Of a stretch of 32,897 nucleotides of DNA, positions 1-10,739 are shown piece by piece. The translations under genes were made by a program, and so were the position numbers. Position 1 is the stretch's first letter, and each line of letters starts with the position of its first letter. The notes under the pieces were generated by a model that did no database searches, had not been told where the DNA came from, and saw nothing but the letters and a program-made list of their open reading frames with translations. The stretch covers positions 27,906,467-27,939,363 of the forward strand of contig NC_068981.1 in NCBI RefSeq assembly GCF_001194135.2, in the 5' to 3' direction. Origin of the DNA: Octopus bimaculoides (taxonomy: Eukaryota).

Positions 1-257
1 TGTGTGTGTGAATGTGTGCTTTAAATCTTGCTAAGTAGGCACATACTTTAAAGACGTCAAAAATACAGTGTAACTACTCATTTCGCATGGGAAATGGAAC
101 ATATTTCCAATTTCTTATTAAGTGCAGATAACTTTTAGTGAATAATGTCTTCGAGTTTACGAATTAAGGTATAATAGTGAGATTTATGTTTAGTTATGAA
201 ACACACAAACTTGTGTATCAGACAGAAATGCAGAAAGACGCAAAGAATGAGAGTTTG

Positions 258-309
<52 letters not shown>

Positions 310-1400
310 TGTATGTGTGTATGTGTGTGTGCGTGCGTGCGTGCTGTCTTGTGTGTGCATGTGTGTGTGAGAGCGCGTGCGCGCGCGTGCCTGGTGGAAT
401 GTATCCAGTTAATTAAACAAAACCTGTTAGTTGAATTAGTGATCACTTTTATTTAGTTTAGCGTTTTGTTTTTATAATAATTATTTTAAATTTATTTTCT
501 TTTGTCTTTATTTCTGTTTGCATGTTTGAAGTTGAAAGAAATCTTGTTTTTGCTCATTGTTTATTTATTTTTTTAATGGTTTTATATAAGAACTGCTACT
601 TTGAATGTGGGCGTTAGCCATTGTCTATGCGTGCGTAAATGTGCATGCGTGTGTGAGTTCGTCTGTGTTTGTGAGTCACTGTGTGTGTGTGTGTTTCATT
701 TCATAATTTTTCCCGATCAAGAAGAATACCAAATAACTGCCTGAGACACTTTCCATTGTTAAAGCATTGTATTTTTTATTATAATTTGTTATATTATTCA
801 TATTATCCTTATTTTTTTCAATATCACATTTTATATAAATTGGTGTTGAGCAGTGGGAATGAACTTACACACCACTTTCGAAAATAAACATATTAACATT
901 AATATATTTCGGTCAGAGTGCAAGTGTCAAATAATGATTGACATCAGAAGATGTGATGTGCACGATGTTTTCATCAATATTCATAGCCAACAGAGATTAT
1001 TTGGCACCTTTTGATCAAGTTTCACATGAAACGTATTATCACCTGCCATTCATCCGATGGGGAACTACCGTTTCTCGAATGTTCTCATTCACTCCGAAAA
1101 ATGCTGAGTATATTGACAAAGACGGTGAATCAACGAAAGACACAAGAACAATCAAAAGAACAATGTTGATAAGAATAATGTTGCCTTTTCACACGAAATA
1201 GGGGTTTGGAAGGAAAAAAAAACATTCGTATCAAATGCGAATAAAGGATGATTTATATATGTGTGTGTGTTTATGTGTATATATATATATTTTTTTTTTC
1301 TATATATATATATATACACACACACACACATATGTGTATGGTCATAAATACATATGCACAGACTTGCATTTACTTATATATTCATATATATATATATATA

Positions 1401-1436
<36 letters not shown>

Positions 1437-1553
1437 CATACAAATATGTGTCATTCGACGTTTACGTATATGTGTGTGTGTGTGTGTGCGTACGTGCGTG
1501 TGCGTGTGTGTGCGTGTCTGCGTACGTGCGTACGTGCGTGTGTATATTCTTAC

Positions 1554-1603
1554 CCGTCACTATCGTCACTAGCAAGTGCATATGACCTGGTAGCTTGTAC
1601 CAT
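1554..1603 (-). CDS. Candidate first coding exon (MVQATRSYALASDDSD-G, phase 2) of an unidentified gene
   Basis: Minus strand reads aaatATGG (A at -3, G at +4), has an in-frame upstream stop, 16 open codons plus 2 nt, then a consensus donor CGG|GTAAGA at 1553-1548. It lies in a relatively GC-rich unique patch (1550-1750). No homology recognised. Confidence 0.25.
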
Positions 1604-2390
1604 ATTTATATTTTCGCTGGTTGTTTAGTTGTTTTGGATGCCTATACTAACGTGAGTACACGTCGACACTCTCTTGGCCCTCCTACCTCTGCGCCAGAGG
1701 AATGTCAAAGATGTTGGCTAGAAGGAGAGTGCGCTGCGCCAACCGCCGTATGATGATAATCATTAGATTACTATAATGGATATAACCCACCCCACACACA
1801 CACACTCATGTCTATCTATTTATCTATCTATATGTTTCTATTTATTAGATGAGTGAATATATGTGTGTGTGTGTGTATGTATATATATATATATAAATTT
1901 AAAATAGTATTAAATCTTTATATGAATTTATCAAGTAGTCAGCGTGAAAAACCTCATAAAGGAAAAGTTATAATTACTTTAAATATATTTATTTATATTA
2001 AGGGCATTACTACACATAAATGCCTCACACTGTGAGGGACTCTTAAAGTCAAAACTACTGTAATAAATACAGTGTACCAAACGCGAGGGAATGCAACTCT
2101 ACAAGTGAGCTCCTTAAAAACAGATACAGATGCATATCATATGATTTCATTATTAGTGCACAAAAATGCACTTTTTAATCGTCGGTACAGGCATAATCAA
2201 GACACATAAAAATGAACAAAATTCAACATACCAGACGAACACCAAATGTATCCAACATAGCACATTAGAATTGTTCACTCATATATATCTATGTAAGAGG
2301 CGGACTTTTCGAACTGCATCTCGGTACACGTGTATATTCAGAATAATTCAGCAGTGAATATATTCCGGTAAAATTTTAAATTTAAACTGA

Positions 2391-2391
<1 letters not shown>

Positions 2392-2457
<66 letters not shown>
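2392..2457 (+). repeat. (TAA)22 microsatellite
   Basis: Perfect trinucleotide run seen directly. Confidence 0.97.
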
Positions 2458-2459
<2 letters not shown>

Positions 2460-2635
2460 GAAACATCGATAAATACCTTAGTAATGAGAACCCAGGTTCC
2501 AAATTTCCCCACGACACCTGATGAAGGCTGGAGGGTATATCAGCCGAAACGTGTTAACAACAAACAAGATGAGGACAAATAACCGTCAATTGTAAATAAT
2601 GTACATAAATTCTCATCCCTTAAATATAGAACCGC
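2458..2635 (+). mobile_element. Probable Penelope-like element terminal repeat fragment carrying a hammerhead motif
   Basis: Contains CTGATGA-A-GGCTG..CAGCC-GAAAC, the signature of PLE termini, directly after a (TAA)n tract. Boundaries approximate. Confidence 0.6.
2513..2555 (+). ncRNA. Type I hammerhead ribozyme motif, damaged (cleavage triplet missing)
   Basis: Stem I GACAC (2513-17) / GTGTT (2551-55); core CTGATGA (2518-24); extra A (2525); stem II GGCTG (2526-30) / CAGCC (2541-45); GAAAC (2546-50). No NUH triplet between GAAAC and stem I. Confidence 0.65.
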
Positions 2636-2654
2636 ATAAATATTGTCCTTTTCA

Positions 2655-2790
2655 TTATAGGAATTGGTTAGCTGGTAGAATTGCCACAGCGGCAAAAAAA
2701 TGTCTTGTGACATTTGTCTCGACTTTTACAATCTGTGTTCAAATTCTGCTGAGATTAACTTTGACTATCATCCCTCTGAGGCCAATATAA
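2655..2790 (+). mobile_element. Degenerate tRNA-derived SINE fragment (family A)
   Basis: ctggtagaat...gttcaaattctgctgagattaactttgactatcatcc resembles the copies at 5461, 11376 and 11592. Confidence 0.55.
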
Positions 2791-2880
2791 TGTTGCTCCA
2801 ATCAGGTACAGGGATGATAGTCAAACAACTGCGGGCTTTACTACGACTAAATTATGAATTATTATTCTTGCTGTTGATAG

Positions 2881-2909
2881 TTATTATTATTATTATTATT
2901 ATTATTATT
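2881..2909 (+). repeat. (ATT)n tract at the 3' end of Dong copy 1
   Basis: Seen directly. Confidence 0.9.
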
Positions 2910-2910
2910 T

Positions 2911-4117
2911 AGTAGTCTTATTTTTATAACGTGCTTTCACTGCACTAGAGAGCGCAGCTCTGTGCGCCTTGGGTATGTGCTGTGGTTTGCTGTGGTGCTC
3001 TTATGTTTACTGTGTTGAAAACGTTTTGCGTAGGATGTGTGCGGTGCTTAGTAGTGCTATTTTCTGTATGTTATATACACTTGTAAGTCCTGGTGTTTTG
3101 TTATGTATTTGTCTGAATGTTTATGTTTTGTGTGTANNNNNNNNNNGGGGGTAATCATACCTAATGCGCCTACTATAATAGGATTTTTTTTTTTTTTTAG
3201 GATTCACATTCAAGTTACCTCTATTTCCAGATCTTTGTATTTTTAAAGTTTCTCCGTTTCAGAAAAACATTGTCATCTGTTGGTATTGATACATCGATTA
3301 GAATGCATTATATATCTGGTCTATTGGCCTTATTTCTCTATCTATGTGTAATGGCATATCCCATTGTATGGTCGCTTTCTCATTTTCTGTGGCCTTTGCT
3401 GGGGTGTGCATACACTATCGTTTTTTGTTATTATTCCATAGTGTTGACATAGCTTCCAGTGTATATAGGTTCCAACACTGTCGAGTCTGTGTATATATTC
3501 CTTCTTAGCCAGGACTTGGCAGCCGGAGACAATATGATTTATTGTTTCTTGTCCATATCCACAGTTATTTGTTGCATTTCTTTTTATTACATATTTTTGG
3601 TAATTTCTGTTGGGAAGACATTGATCTTGTGCTGCAATTAAAAATCCTTCAGTCTCTACTTTGAGCTTTTCAAGCATTGTTGGAATTCTGCTTTGTCTAT
3701 TTCTTTTCTGTTTAGTTTAACTCAATATTTGCCATAATGAGGCTTTCCTTGCCATCGTTTTATCATGACCCGTTGCTGTTCCAGTTTTAGTCCGGATTTC
3801 AGTTGTTATACAACTTTTGTTGTTTCTTCTTTTCCTTCATAGCTGTTAGGTACTATGATTTATTTTTGTATGCTTCTTTAAAGACAGAAACGAGTCTTTT
3901 GTTTTGTTCTTGTTTTGTGGTTATTTGCGTCTGAGATAGTTATTTTGTTTATAAATGGTTATTTTGTAATAGTTTTCTAGACGTATAAGGCCTCTAACAC
4001 TTTCGATACGTTGTATAGATAACTTTTCAGATTTTGGGTGGTGTATCCTAAATCCTGTCATTATTTTCCTTGTTTTCTTGTCTATTTTGATTAGTTCATT
4101 GAGAGTCCAGTAAAGAA

Positions 4118-4118
<1 letters not shown>
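2911..4118 (-). mobile_element. R4/Dong-clade (RLE) non-LTR retrotransposon, 5'-truncated, decayed (copy 1)
   Basis: Minus-strand translation with frameshifts and stops: YWTLNELIKIDKKTRKIMTGFRIHHPKS..RGL..LENYYK..; KRWQGKP..GKY; ETEGFLIAAQDQ..RNYQK..ETINHIVSGCQVLAKKEYIHRLDSVGTYIHWKLCQHYG (CCHC knuckle region); ANRPDI..CILIDVSIPTDDNV..KYKDLEIEV (restriction-like endonuclease); PIIVGALGMI. Stop at 3009-3007, ~100-nt 3' UTR, (TAA)n on both sides. Confidence 0.93.
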
Positions 4119-4151
<33 letters not shown>

Positions 4152-4152
4152 G
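4119..4152 (+). repeat. (ATT)n tract between the two Dong copies
   Basis: Seen directly. Confidence 0.9.
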
Positions 4153-4455
4153 TTCAGTAGTTTTATTTTTATAACGTGCTTTCACTTCACTACCGAGCGC
4201 AGCACTGTGCGCCTTGGGTATGTGCTGTGGTTTGCTGTGGTGCTCCTATGTTTACTGTATTGAAAGTGTTTTGCGTAGAATGTGTGCGGTACCCAGTAGT
4301 GCAATTTTCTGTATGTTATATATATTTGTAAGTCCTGGTGTCTTTGTTATGTATTTGTCTGAATATTTTTTTTATTATACCTAAGGCACCTACTATGATA
4401 GGAATTGTTTCTGTTTTTAGATTCCACATTCGAGTTATCTCTATTTCCAGGTCTT

Positions 4456-5124
4456 NNNNNNNNNNNNNNNNNNNNNNNNNNNNNNNNNNNNNNNNNNNNN
4501 NNNNNNNNNNNNNNNNNNNNNNNNNNNNNNNNNNNNNNNNNNNNNNNNNNNNNNNNNNNNNNNNNNNNNNNNNNNNNNNNNNNNNNNNNNNNNNNNNNNN
4601 NNNNNNNNNNNNNNNNNNNNNNNNNNNNNNNNNNNNNNNNNNNNNNNNNNNNNNNNNNNNNNNNNNNNNNNNNNNNNNNNNNNNNNNNNNNNNNNNNNNN
4701 NNNNNNNNNNNNNNNNNNNNNNNNNNNNNNNNNNNNNNNNNNNNNNNNNNNNNNNNNNNNNNNNNNNNNNNNNNNNNNNNNNNNNNNNNNNNNNNNNNNN
4801 NNNNNNNNNNNNNNNNNNNNNNNNNNNNNNNNNNNNNNNNNNNNNNNNNNNNNNNNNNNNNNNNNNNNNNNNNNNNNNNNNNNNNNNNNNNNNNNNNNNN
4901 NNNNNNNNNNNNNNNNNNNNNNNNNNNNNNNNNNNNNNNNNNNNNNNNNNNNNNNNNNNNNNNNNNNNNNNNNNNNNNNNNNNNNNNNNNNNNNNNNNNN
5001 NNNNNNNNNNNNNNNNNNNNNNNNNNNNNNNNNNNNNNNNNNNNNNNNNNNNNNNNNNNNNNNNNNNNNNNNNNNNNNNNNNNNNNNNNNNNNNNNNNNN
5101 NNNNNNNNNNNNNNNNNNNNNNNN
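4456..5124. other. Assembly gap, largest of 10 (others: 3137-3146, 6572-6750, 8129-8421, 9378-9544, 12040-12049, 12426-13078, 14894-15450, 19761-20133, 22290-22782)
   Basis: Runs of N, most bordered by microsatellites. Confidence 0.99.
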
Positions 5125-5193
5125 TTCTTCTTCTTCTTCTTCTTCTTCTTCTTCTTCTTCTTCTTCTTCTTCTTCTTCTTCTTCTTCTTCTTC
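5125..5193 (-). repeat. (GAA)n microsatellite, at least 23 units, inside the Dong copy 2 ORF
   Basis: (CTT)n on the plus strand; its left end is hidden in the gap. Confidence 0.95.
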
Positions 5194-5274
5194 GTATTTG
5201 TTAGGTAGATTGATTTCTTGTTTGTATTTGTCAGCTTCCTTAAATACTGAAAACAGTTTTTTGTTTTGCTCGTG

Positions 5275-5277
<3 letters not shown>

Positions 5278-5328
<51 letters not shown>

Positions 5329-5459
5329 CATTATTATTATTATTATCATTATTATCATTATTATCACTATTATTATTATTATTATTATCATTATTATTAT
5401 CATCATCATCCTCATCATCACCACCACCATCATCATCATCATCATCATCATTATTATTA
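5278..5459 (+). repeat. Compound (ATT)n/(ATC)n/(ACC)n microsatellite
   Basis: Seen directly. Confidence 0.95.
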
Positions 5460-5460
5460 A

Positions 5461-5676
5461 GTTGGCAACATGGCAGATTCATCAGCACATCAGACAAATT
5501 GCTTAGTGACATTTTTTTGCGGTTCTTTACATTCTGAGTTCAAATAGTATCCGCGTAAACTCTGTCTTTAATCCTTTCAGAATCGATAAAATAAAGTACC
5601 CGTCAAGTACTGAGGTCAATGCATTCGATTACCCCTCCCTTTAACATTGCTGGCCTTGTGCCAAAATCTTAAAGTA
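5461..5676 (+). mobile_element. tRNA-derived SINE, family A (Deu/Nin-like central domain)
   Basis: tggcaga head; ttctgagttcaaat B-box-like motif; tcctttcagaatcgataaaataaagtacc central motif; ctggccttgtgccaaaat tail shared with 11376-11570 and 11592-11803. Confidence 0.75.
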
Positions 5677-7423
5677 TTATCATTCATGTTGTTTTAATTT
5701 TTTTTTACCTGTTTTGGCAATCGTCATTGTCTACTTGTTTTTTTGTTTGTTTGTTTGTTTTTTGTTTTGTTTTTACTCTTATTTCCGTCATTTTGTCACG
5801 CAACCCAGAAGCCGCATCAAAACATATAATCTTACAATATTTGTTCTTGAAAAGAAAAAAAAATCTTATGTATAAAAAAACAAGAGATAAAAATAATCGT
5901 CATGTACTGCTGCTCCTGGGTATATAACAGATTATTTTTAACATTTGAGCCGGAGGCAAACACTGCTGAACTCATACATAGATCATTGTCTTGTTCCTTT
6001 CTAACAGAAACAAAATATCTTCAGATAAAGTTAAATAAGAGATTCCATAATAATTGTTACGAACTAAACAAGTATTTCAACGATACTAAAATAATTTTGC
6101 ACTTAAAAAAAACAGTTAATGTATAGACTCGATAAGACTTTTATACAATAAAAATATAAAACTTACATAAAAAAAGAAATCTAGTCTTCCATAATACCAC
6201 GTGATATTTATATTAAGAGTTAGGAGTTTGTTGCAGACGCTTAGTGCATTTAGAAACAGTATTATTTATGAGTGCGGAACACTTAAAGGTATAAATGTCA
6301 ACAGGTGCATATAGGGTCTACACGTGACAACAAATTTGTCAAAGTCAGGCTTGGACATAATTTTAAACAACGTTTATATAACAATAGTCTTTTAAGAATC
6401 TTAAATATTTTTGAATGAATGTTTAATCATTGTGAAAATTTGCAAACTCACAAGCTTGATTCTAAAAGAATAAAAGACTTGAAGATGAAATGACTCTGAA
6501 AACGGCCACATGTTTGCTTGAATATTATTTTTTCATTTAGCAGTGCACAATTCCTCTCATTTTCATAGTATNNNNNNNNNNNNNNNNNNNNNNNNNNNNN
6601 NNNNNNNNNNNNNNNNNNNNNNNNNNNNNNNNNNNNNNNNNNNNNNNNNNNNNNNNNNNNNNNNNNNNNNNNNNNNNNNNNNNNNNNNNNNNNNNNNNNN
6701 NNNNNNNNNNNNNNNNNNNNNNNNNNNNNNNNNNNNNNNNNNNNNNNNNNTATATATATATATAAAGAAAGAGAGAGAAAGAGAGAGAGAGAGAAGGAGA
6801 GAGAGAGAGAGAAGGAGAGAGAGAGAGAAGGAGAGAGAGAGAGAAGGAGAGAGGGAGAGAGAAGGAGAGAGAGAGTAAAAGTGCAATATGTATATGTATG
6901 TATATGTGTGTTTATAAATGCGTGTGTGGCGTGGATATTTATGTCTACCAGCGTAAGAAAGTGAATAATATAATGGTGTATGTATGTATAAATCTACCTA
7001 CATACATATGAATGTAAATTAGAACTACAACGTATTTCCTAAATTTGAATTAAATTGGAATGAAGGTATATGTACACACACACACACACACACACACAAC
7101 ACACACAAACACACACACACATATATATATATGAATAAATGAATCAAAATTTCTAGAAAAATATAAATTGTTTTTCAATTTTAGAGAAAGATAGCGAGAG
7201 TAAGAAAGAGAGTTAAATGAAAAAATTTGTTGCTCGAGATTAAAAGGAATTCTCTGTTTTGTTTTCCATTTCTTTCATTTTACGAAGTATTTTGTTGCTG
7301 TTCCTTATATTTCCCCCTCATAACATCAAACGATAAAATATTTGATTATTTCTAATTAAATAAACAAGTTTGCAATTACCTTCAGGAGAAGAAATGAAGA
7401 AGGGATGTTCCAACATTTAATAT

Positions 7424-7426
7424 TCA

Positions 7427-7487
<61 letters not shown>

Positions 7488-7520
7488 CATCATCATCATC
7501 ATCATCGCCATCATCATTTT
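7424..7520 (+). repeat. (ATT)n/(ATC)n microsatellite
   Basis: Seen directly. Confidence 0.95.
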
Positions 7521-8090
7521 TATTATTATTATTCCTTTTAATTCATTATTATTATTGTTATTATTAATATCGTTGTTGTTGCTATTATTATCATTATTAT
7601 TTTTATTATTATTATTAGTATCATTATCATTTCATTTTTATCTTATTTTACCAACTTTATAAGACTTCTTGAACTTACCACAGAAACAAATGTTTTGAAT
7701 AATAATAATAATAATAAAAAAAGTGAATCTAACAATAAACTTAAATATTAAGTTAAATTTATTTAGCTGACTTGTAAATTCTAATAAAAAGGCTAACTTA
7801 ATTGAAAATTTCCTCTCTTTGAAAATCTATACCCTTATTCAAAATAATGCTGTCATCTACAGATGTACCACCTACGTATTCTAACTTAAGCCGTTATCGA
7901 GAAACAAGATTTCATGTCTTTGTTCAAAGCAAGCATCTCTGAAGAGTGTTTGCCCGGAGGTAGAAAGTAAGAATTCAATAGGCAATGTAGAATTTGCGAC
8001 ATTCTACGCTGTTATCCTGCCCCACCCACCACATTGCACAACGCCACCAGACGCTTTCTTTGTTTTCTTCTCCTTTTCTCTTTTACTTCC

Positions 8091-8128
<38 letters not shown>

Positions 8129-8421
8129 NNNNNNNNNNNNNNNNNNNNNNNNNNNNNNNNNNNNNNNNNNNNNNNNNNNNNNNNNNNNNNNNNNNNNNNN
8201 NNNNNNNNNNNNNNNNNNNNNNNNNNNNNNNNNNNNNNNNNNNNNNNNNNNNNNNNNNNNNNNNNNNNNNNNNNNNNNNNNNNNNNNNNNNNNNNNNNNN
8301 NNNNNNNNNNNNNNNNNNNNNNNNNNNNNNNNNNNNNNNNNNNNNNNNNNNNNNNNNNNNNNNNNNNNNNNNNNNNNNNNNNNNNNNNNNNNNNNNNNNN
8401 NNNNNNNNNNNNNNNNNNNNN

Positions 8422-8452
<31 letters not shown>

Positions 8453-9793
8453 TAAACACCTCTAACACGCACACATACATATACACACATATATTTATAT
8501 GCATATGTAATATACATATATATATGTATGAATATATATGTGTCATATGTATATATGTATATATGAATGTATGAATGTATGTACGTTTGCATGCATGTAT
8601 GTATAAATGAATGAATACATGTATGTATGTATGTATGTATGTATGTATGTACTACGTACATATGTATTCACATACTTGTAGCCAGGCACACATATATGGC
8701 AAGTGTGAGTATTTATTTATATGAACTACTTTAAATGAATGGCTAGGCCATCATTGTACGTTATTCAGACTTGGTGTATTCACATCACAATTGAGATTAT
8801 TGGATTGTTTGTTTTCTGAGTTGTTTGTTAGTTTGTTTTTTGACTTTCGTTCCCTGGTTACTATTCTTCTAAACTGAAGAAATATTTTTTGCTGATGCTG
8901 GAGTATGTATGTCAAAGGTTCCTATTTTAAAATGGATGTGACCCATGGAATGAAACAGAGAGATCGCTGACTACAATTAGTGCTTAGCTAAGTTACTTCT
9001 CGATCGAGCCACAAATACATAAGCCTGTGATTTATTATTTTACGTGTTTCATACACTGGAATATGATTATGCCAGAGTCTGCTATTAGTTTTCGCCGATC
9101 ATAAAGACCACAATATATATTTCAGTATTTAAACAATTCGGTCCAACTTCTAAATTACTTATTTGACGAATTTTTGAAACATTAGTCTATAAAACATACA
9201 TACATTCAAACACACGCACGCTCTCACATACGCATGCGCTCACACACACACACATACGTGCATATGTGTGCATGCATGCATATACATACATACACATATT
9301 CGTATATACATGCATGTATATATATATGTGTATATATATGTATGTATATATATGTATATATATATATATATATATATNNNNNNNNNNNNNNNNNNNNNNN
9401 NNNNNNNNNNNNNNNNNNNNNNNNNNNNNNNNNNNNNNNNNNNNNNNNNNNNNNNNNNNNNNNNNNNNNNNNNNNNNNNNNNNNNNNNNNNNNNNNNNNN
9501 NNNNNNNNNNNNNNNNNNNNNNNNNNNNNNNNNNNNNNNNNNNNTATATATGTGTGTGTGTGTGTATGTATGTATATATATATATAGACAGAACTGTGCA
9601 ATGATTTACCAAAAAGGAAGACTATGATTGTCATTAAATATGAGTAGGGTGTTAGAACACCTACATTGCTAGAAATAAGAGCTAAAAATCTCAAATGCTG
9701 TAGTTAAAGCACATAACTGTATACTGAGAGGGACTGCCAGTATATATGTATGCAATTATATGCTTTAGTAGAGCTTATCGCTTCGATAGGGCC

Positions 9794-10152
9794 CCATGTA
9801 CGGAGAAGAATTGGATATAATATGTAGGATGAACCTACAAATTAACTGTAAGGTTAGGAATACTTACGATCTACTGAGAAGCCGTGCAGAAAAATAACAA
9901 CTACTTACATTGGTGAGACAGCACACAGCATAGTGGAGCACATAGGTGGACACTAGCGAGTGCTCAAAGAAAATAATGGCTCGTCAATGCTCTACCAACA
10001 TGCTCAAGCAGAACATAGGGGCTCGGTTAATAGCATATAGGTTAAAGTATTATCAGCGCACAGAAGTGACACGACACTTAGACAGATCACGAAGGCTGCA
10101 CACATAGCATTAGACAGACCGAGCCTCAAGAGAAAACACGAATGAGACAATA
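9794..10152 (+). pseudogene. Decayed GIY-YIG endonuclease domain of a Penelope-like retroelement
   Basis: PCTEKNW/IICRMNLQINCKVRNTY/..TEKPCRKITTTYIGETAHSIVEHIGGH*RVLKENNGSSMLYQHAQAEHRGSVNSI*VKVLSAHRSDTTLRQITKAAHIALDRPSLKRKHE*DN. YIGET starts at 9906; HxxxxH and the RQI.EA..I....LN.K.EW C-terminal pattern of PLE endonucleases are present. At least 2 frameshifts and 3 stops. Confidence 0.88.
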
Positions 10153-10694
10153 ACACCTACCACCACACTACACAACATGATGACGAAAGACAGAAGGGGG
10201 AAAACAGATACAAAAGTGTAATACACACACAATAGACAAATATGCACATATTTATAATAAATATAAGAAATAGAGATTTTTTTTAAATGCATAAAATGCA
10301 CATATACAAACAAAATAGTAAGCGAACTTATATACACACACAAACATACATACAGTAACTTCACAAACAGTCGCAACAACATGAAAAACGCGACCAACAA
10401 CGACAAATGGTAACCACGTTAAAAGCAACAACTACTACCACGATAGCAGCAGTGTTGGAAAACACACAAACACAGAGAGATACAGGGATGGTACCAAAGG
10501 CCAGGGTCAAGGGCAGCAGCAGCAACAACGGAGAAGGGGCCGAAGCTGAGGAGAAGGTTATAGTACTATTAAGAAAAACGACACAAACACACATACACTC
10601 AAATACAGACGCAAATGCATGCGCATATAAGGATACACACCAGAGAAGAACGGAATGGACTTAGCGGAGTAGGAGCAAACACGAGAACGGAAAA

Positions 10695-10739
10695 TGTCAC
10701 TGAAGAGGCCACAGACGTGTGACGAAAGATTTACTGACA
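10695..10739 (+). ncRNA. Type I hammerhead ribozyme motif, near complete
   Basis: Stem I TGTCA (10695-99) / TGACA (10735-39); core CTGAAGA (10700-06); extra G (10707); stem II GCCACA (10708-13), loop GACG, TGTGAC (10718-23), with one C-A mismatch; GAAA (10724-27); minimal stem III region GATTTAC. Confidence 0.72.

Larger units (their letters stand above)
4153..5277 (-). mobile_element. R4/Dong-clade retrotransposon, 5'-truncated (copy 2), interrupted by a 669-N gap
   Basis: 4153-4455 is highly similar to 2911-3235 and encodes PIIVGALGII..PGLTNIYNIQKIALLGTAHILRKTLSIQ* (stop 4254-4252). Beyond the gap, 5194-5277 encodes KHEQNKKLFSVFKEADKYKQE, matching KQEQNKRLVSVFKEAYK in copy 1. Confidence 0.88.

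Noticed and set aside
135-456. ORFs rich in HT/CV/YI dipeptides here and throughout (e.g. 1235-1628, 18644-19273, 26216-26682, 28301-28771)
   Set aside because: Translations of (GT)n, (TA)n and (TACA)n microsatellites; not genes.
938-1201. 87-aa plus-strand ORF in unique sequence
   Set aside because: No recognisable motif and only weak splice signals; a few stop-free frames of this length are expected by chance in a window of this size.
4338-5512. Long ORFs of 230-336 aa (also 12327-13183, 14785-15490, 19608-20447, 22170-22938)
   Set aside because: Open only because they run through N gaps and simple repeats.
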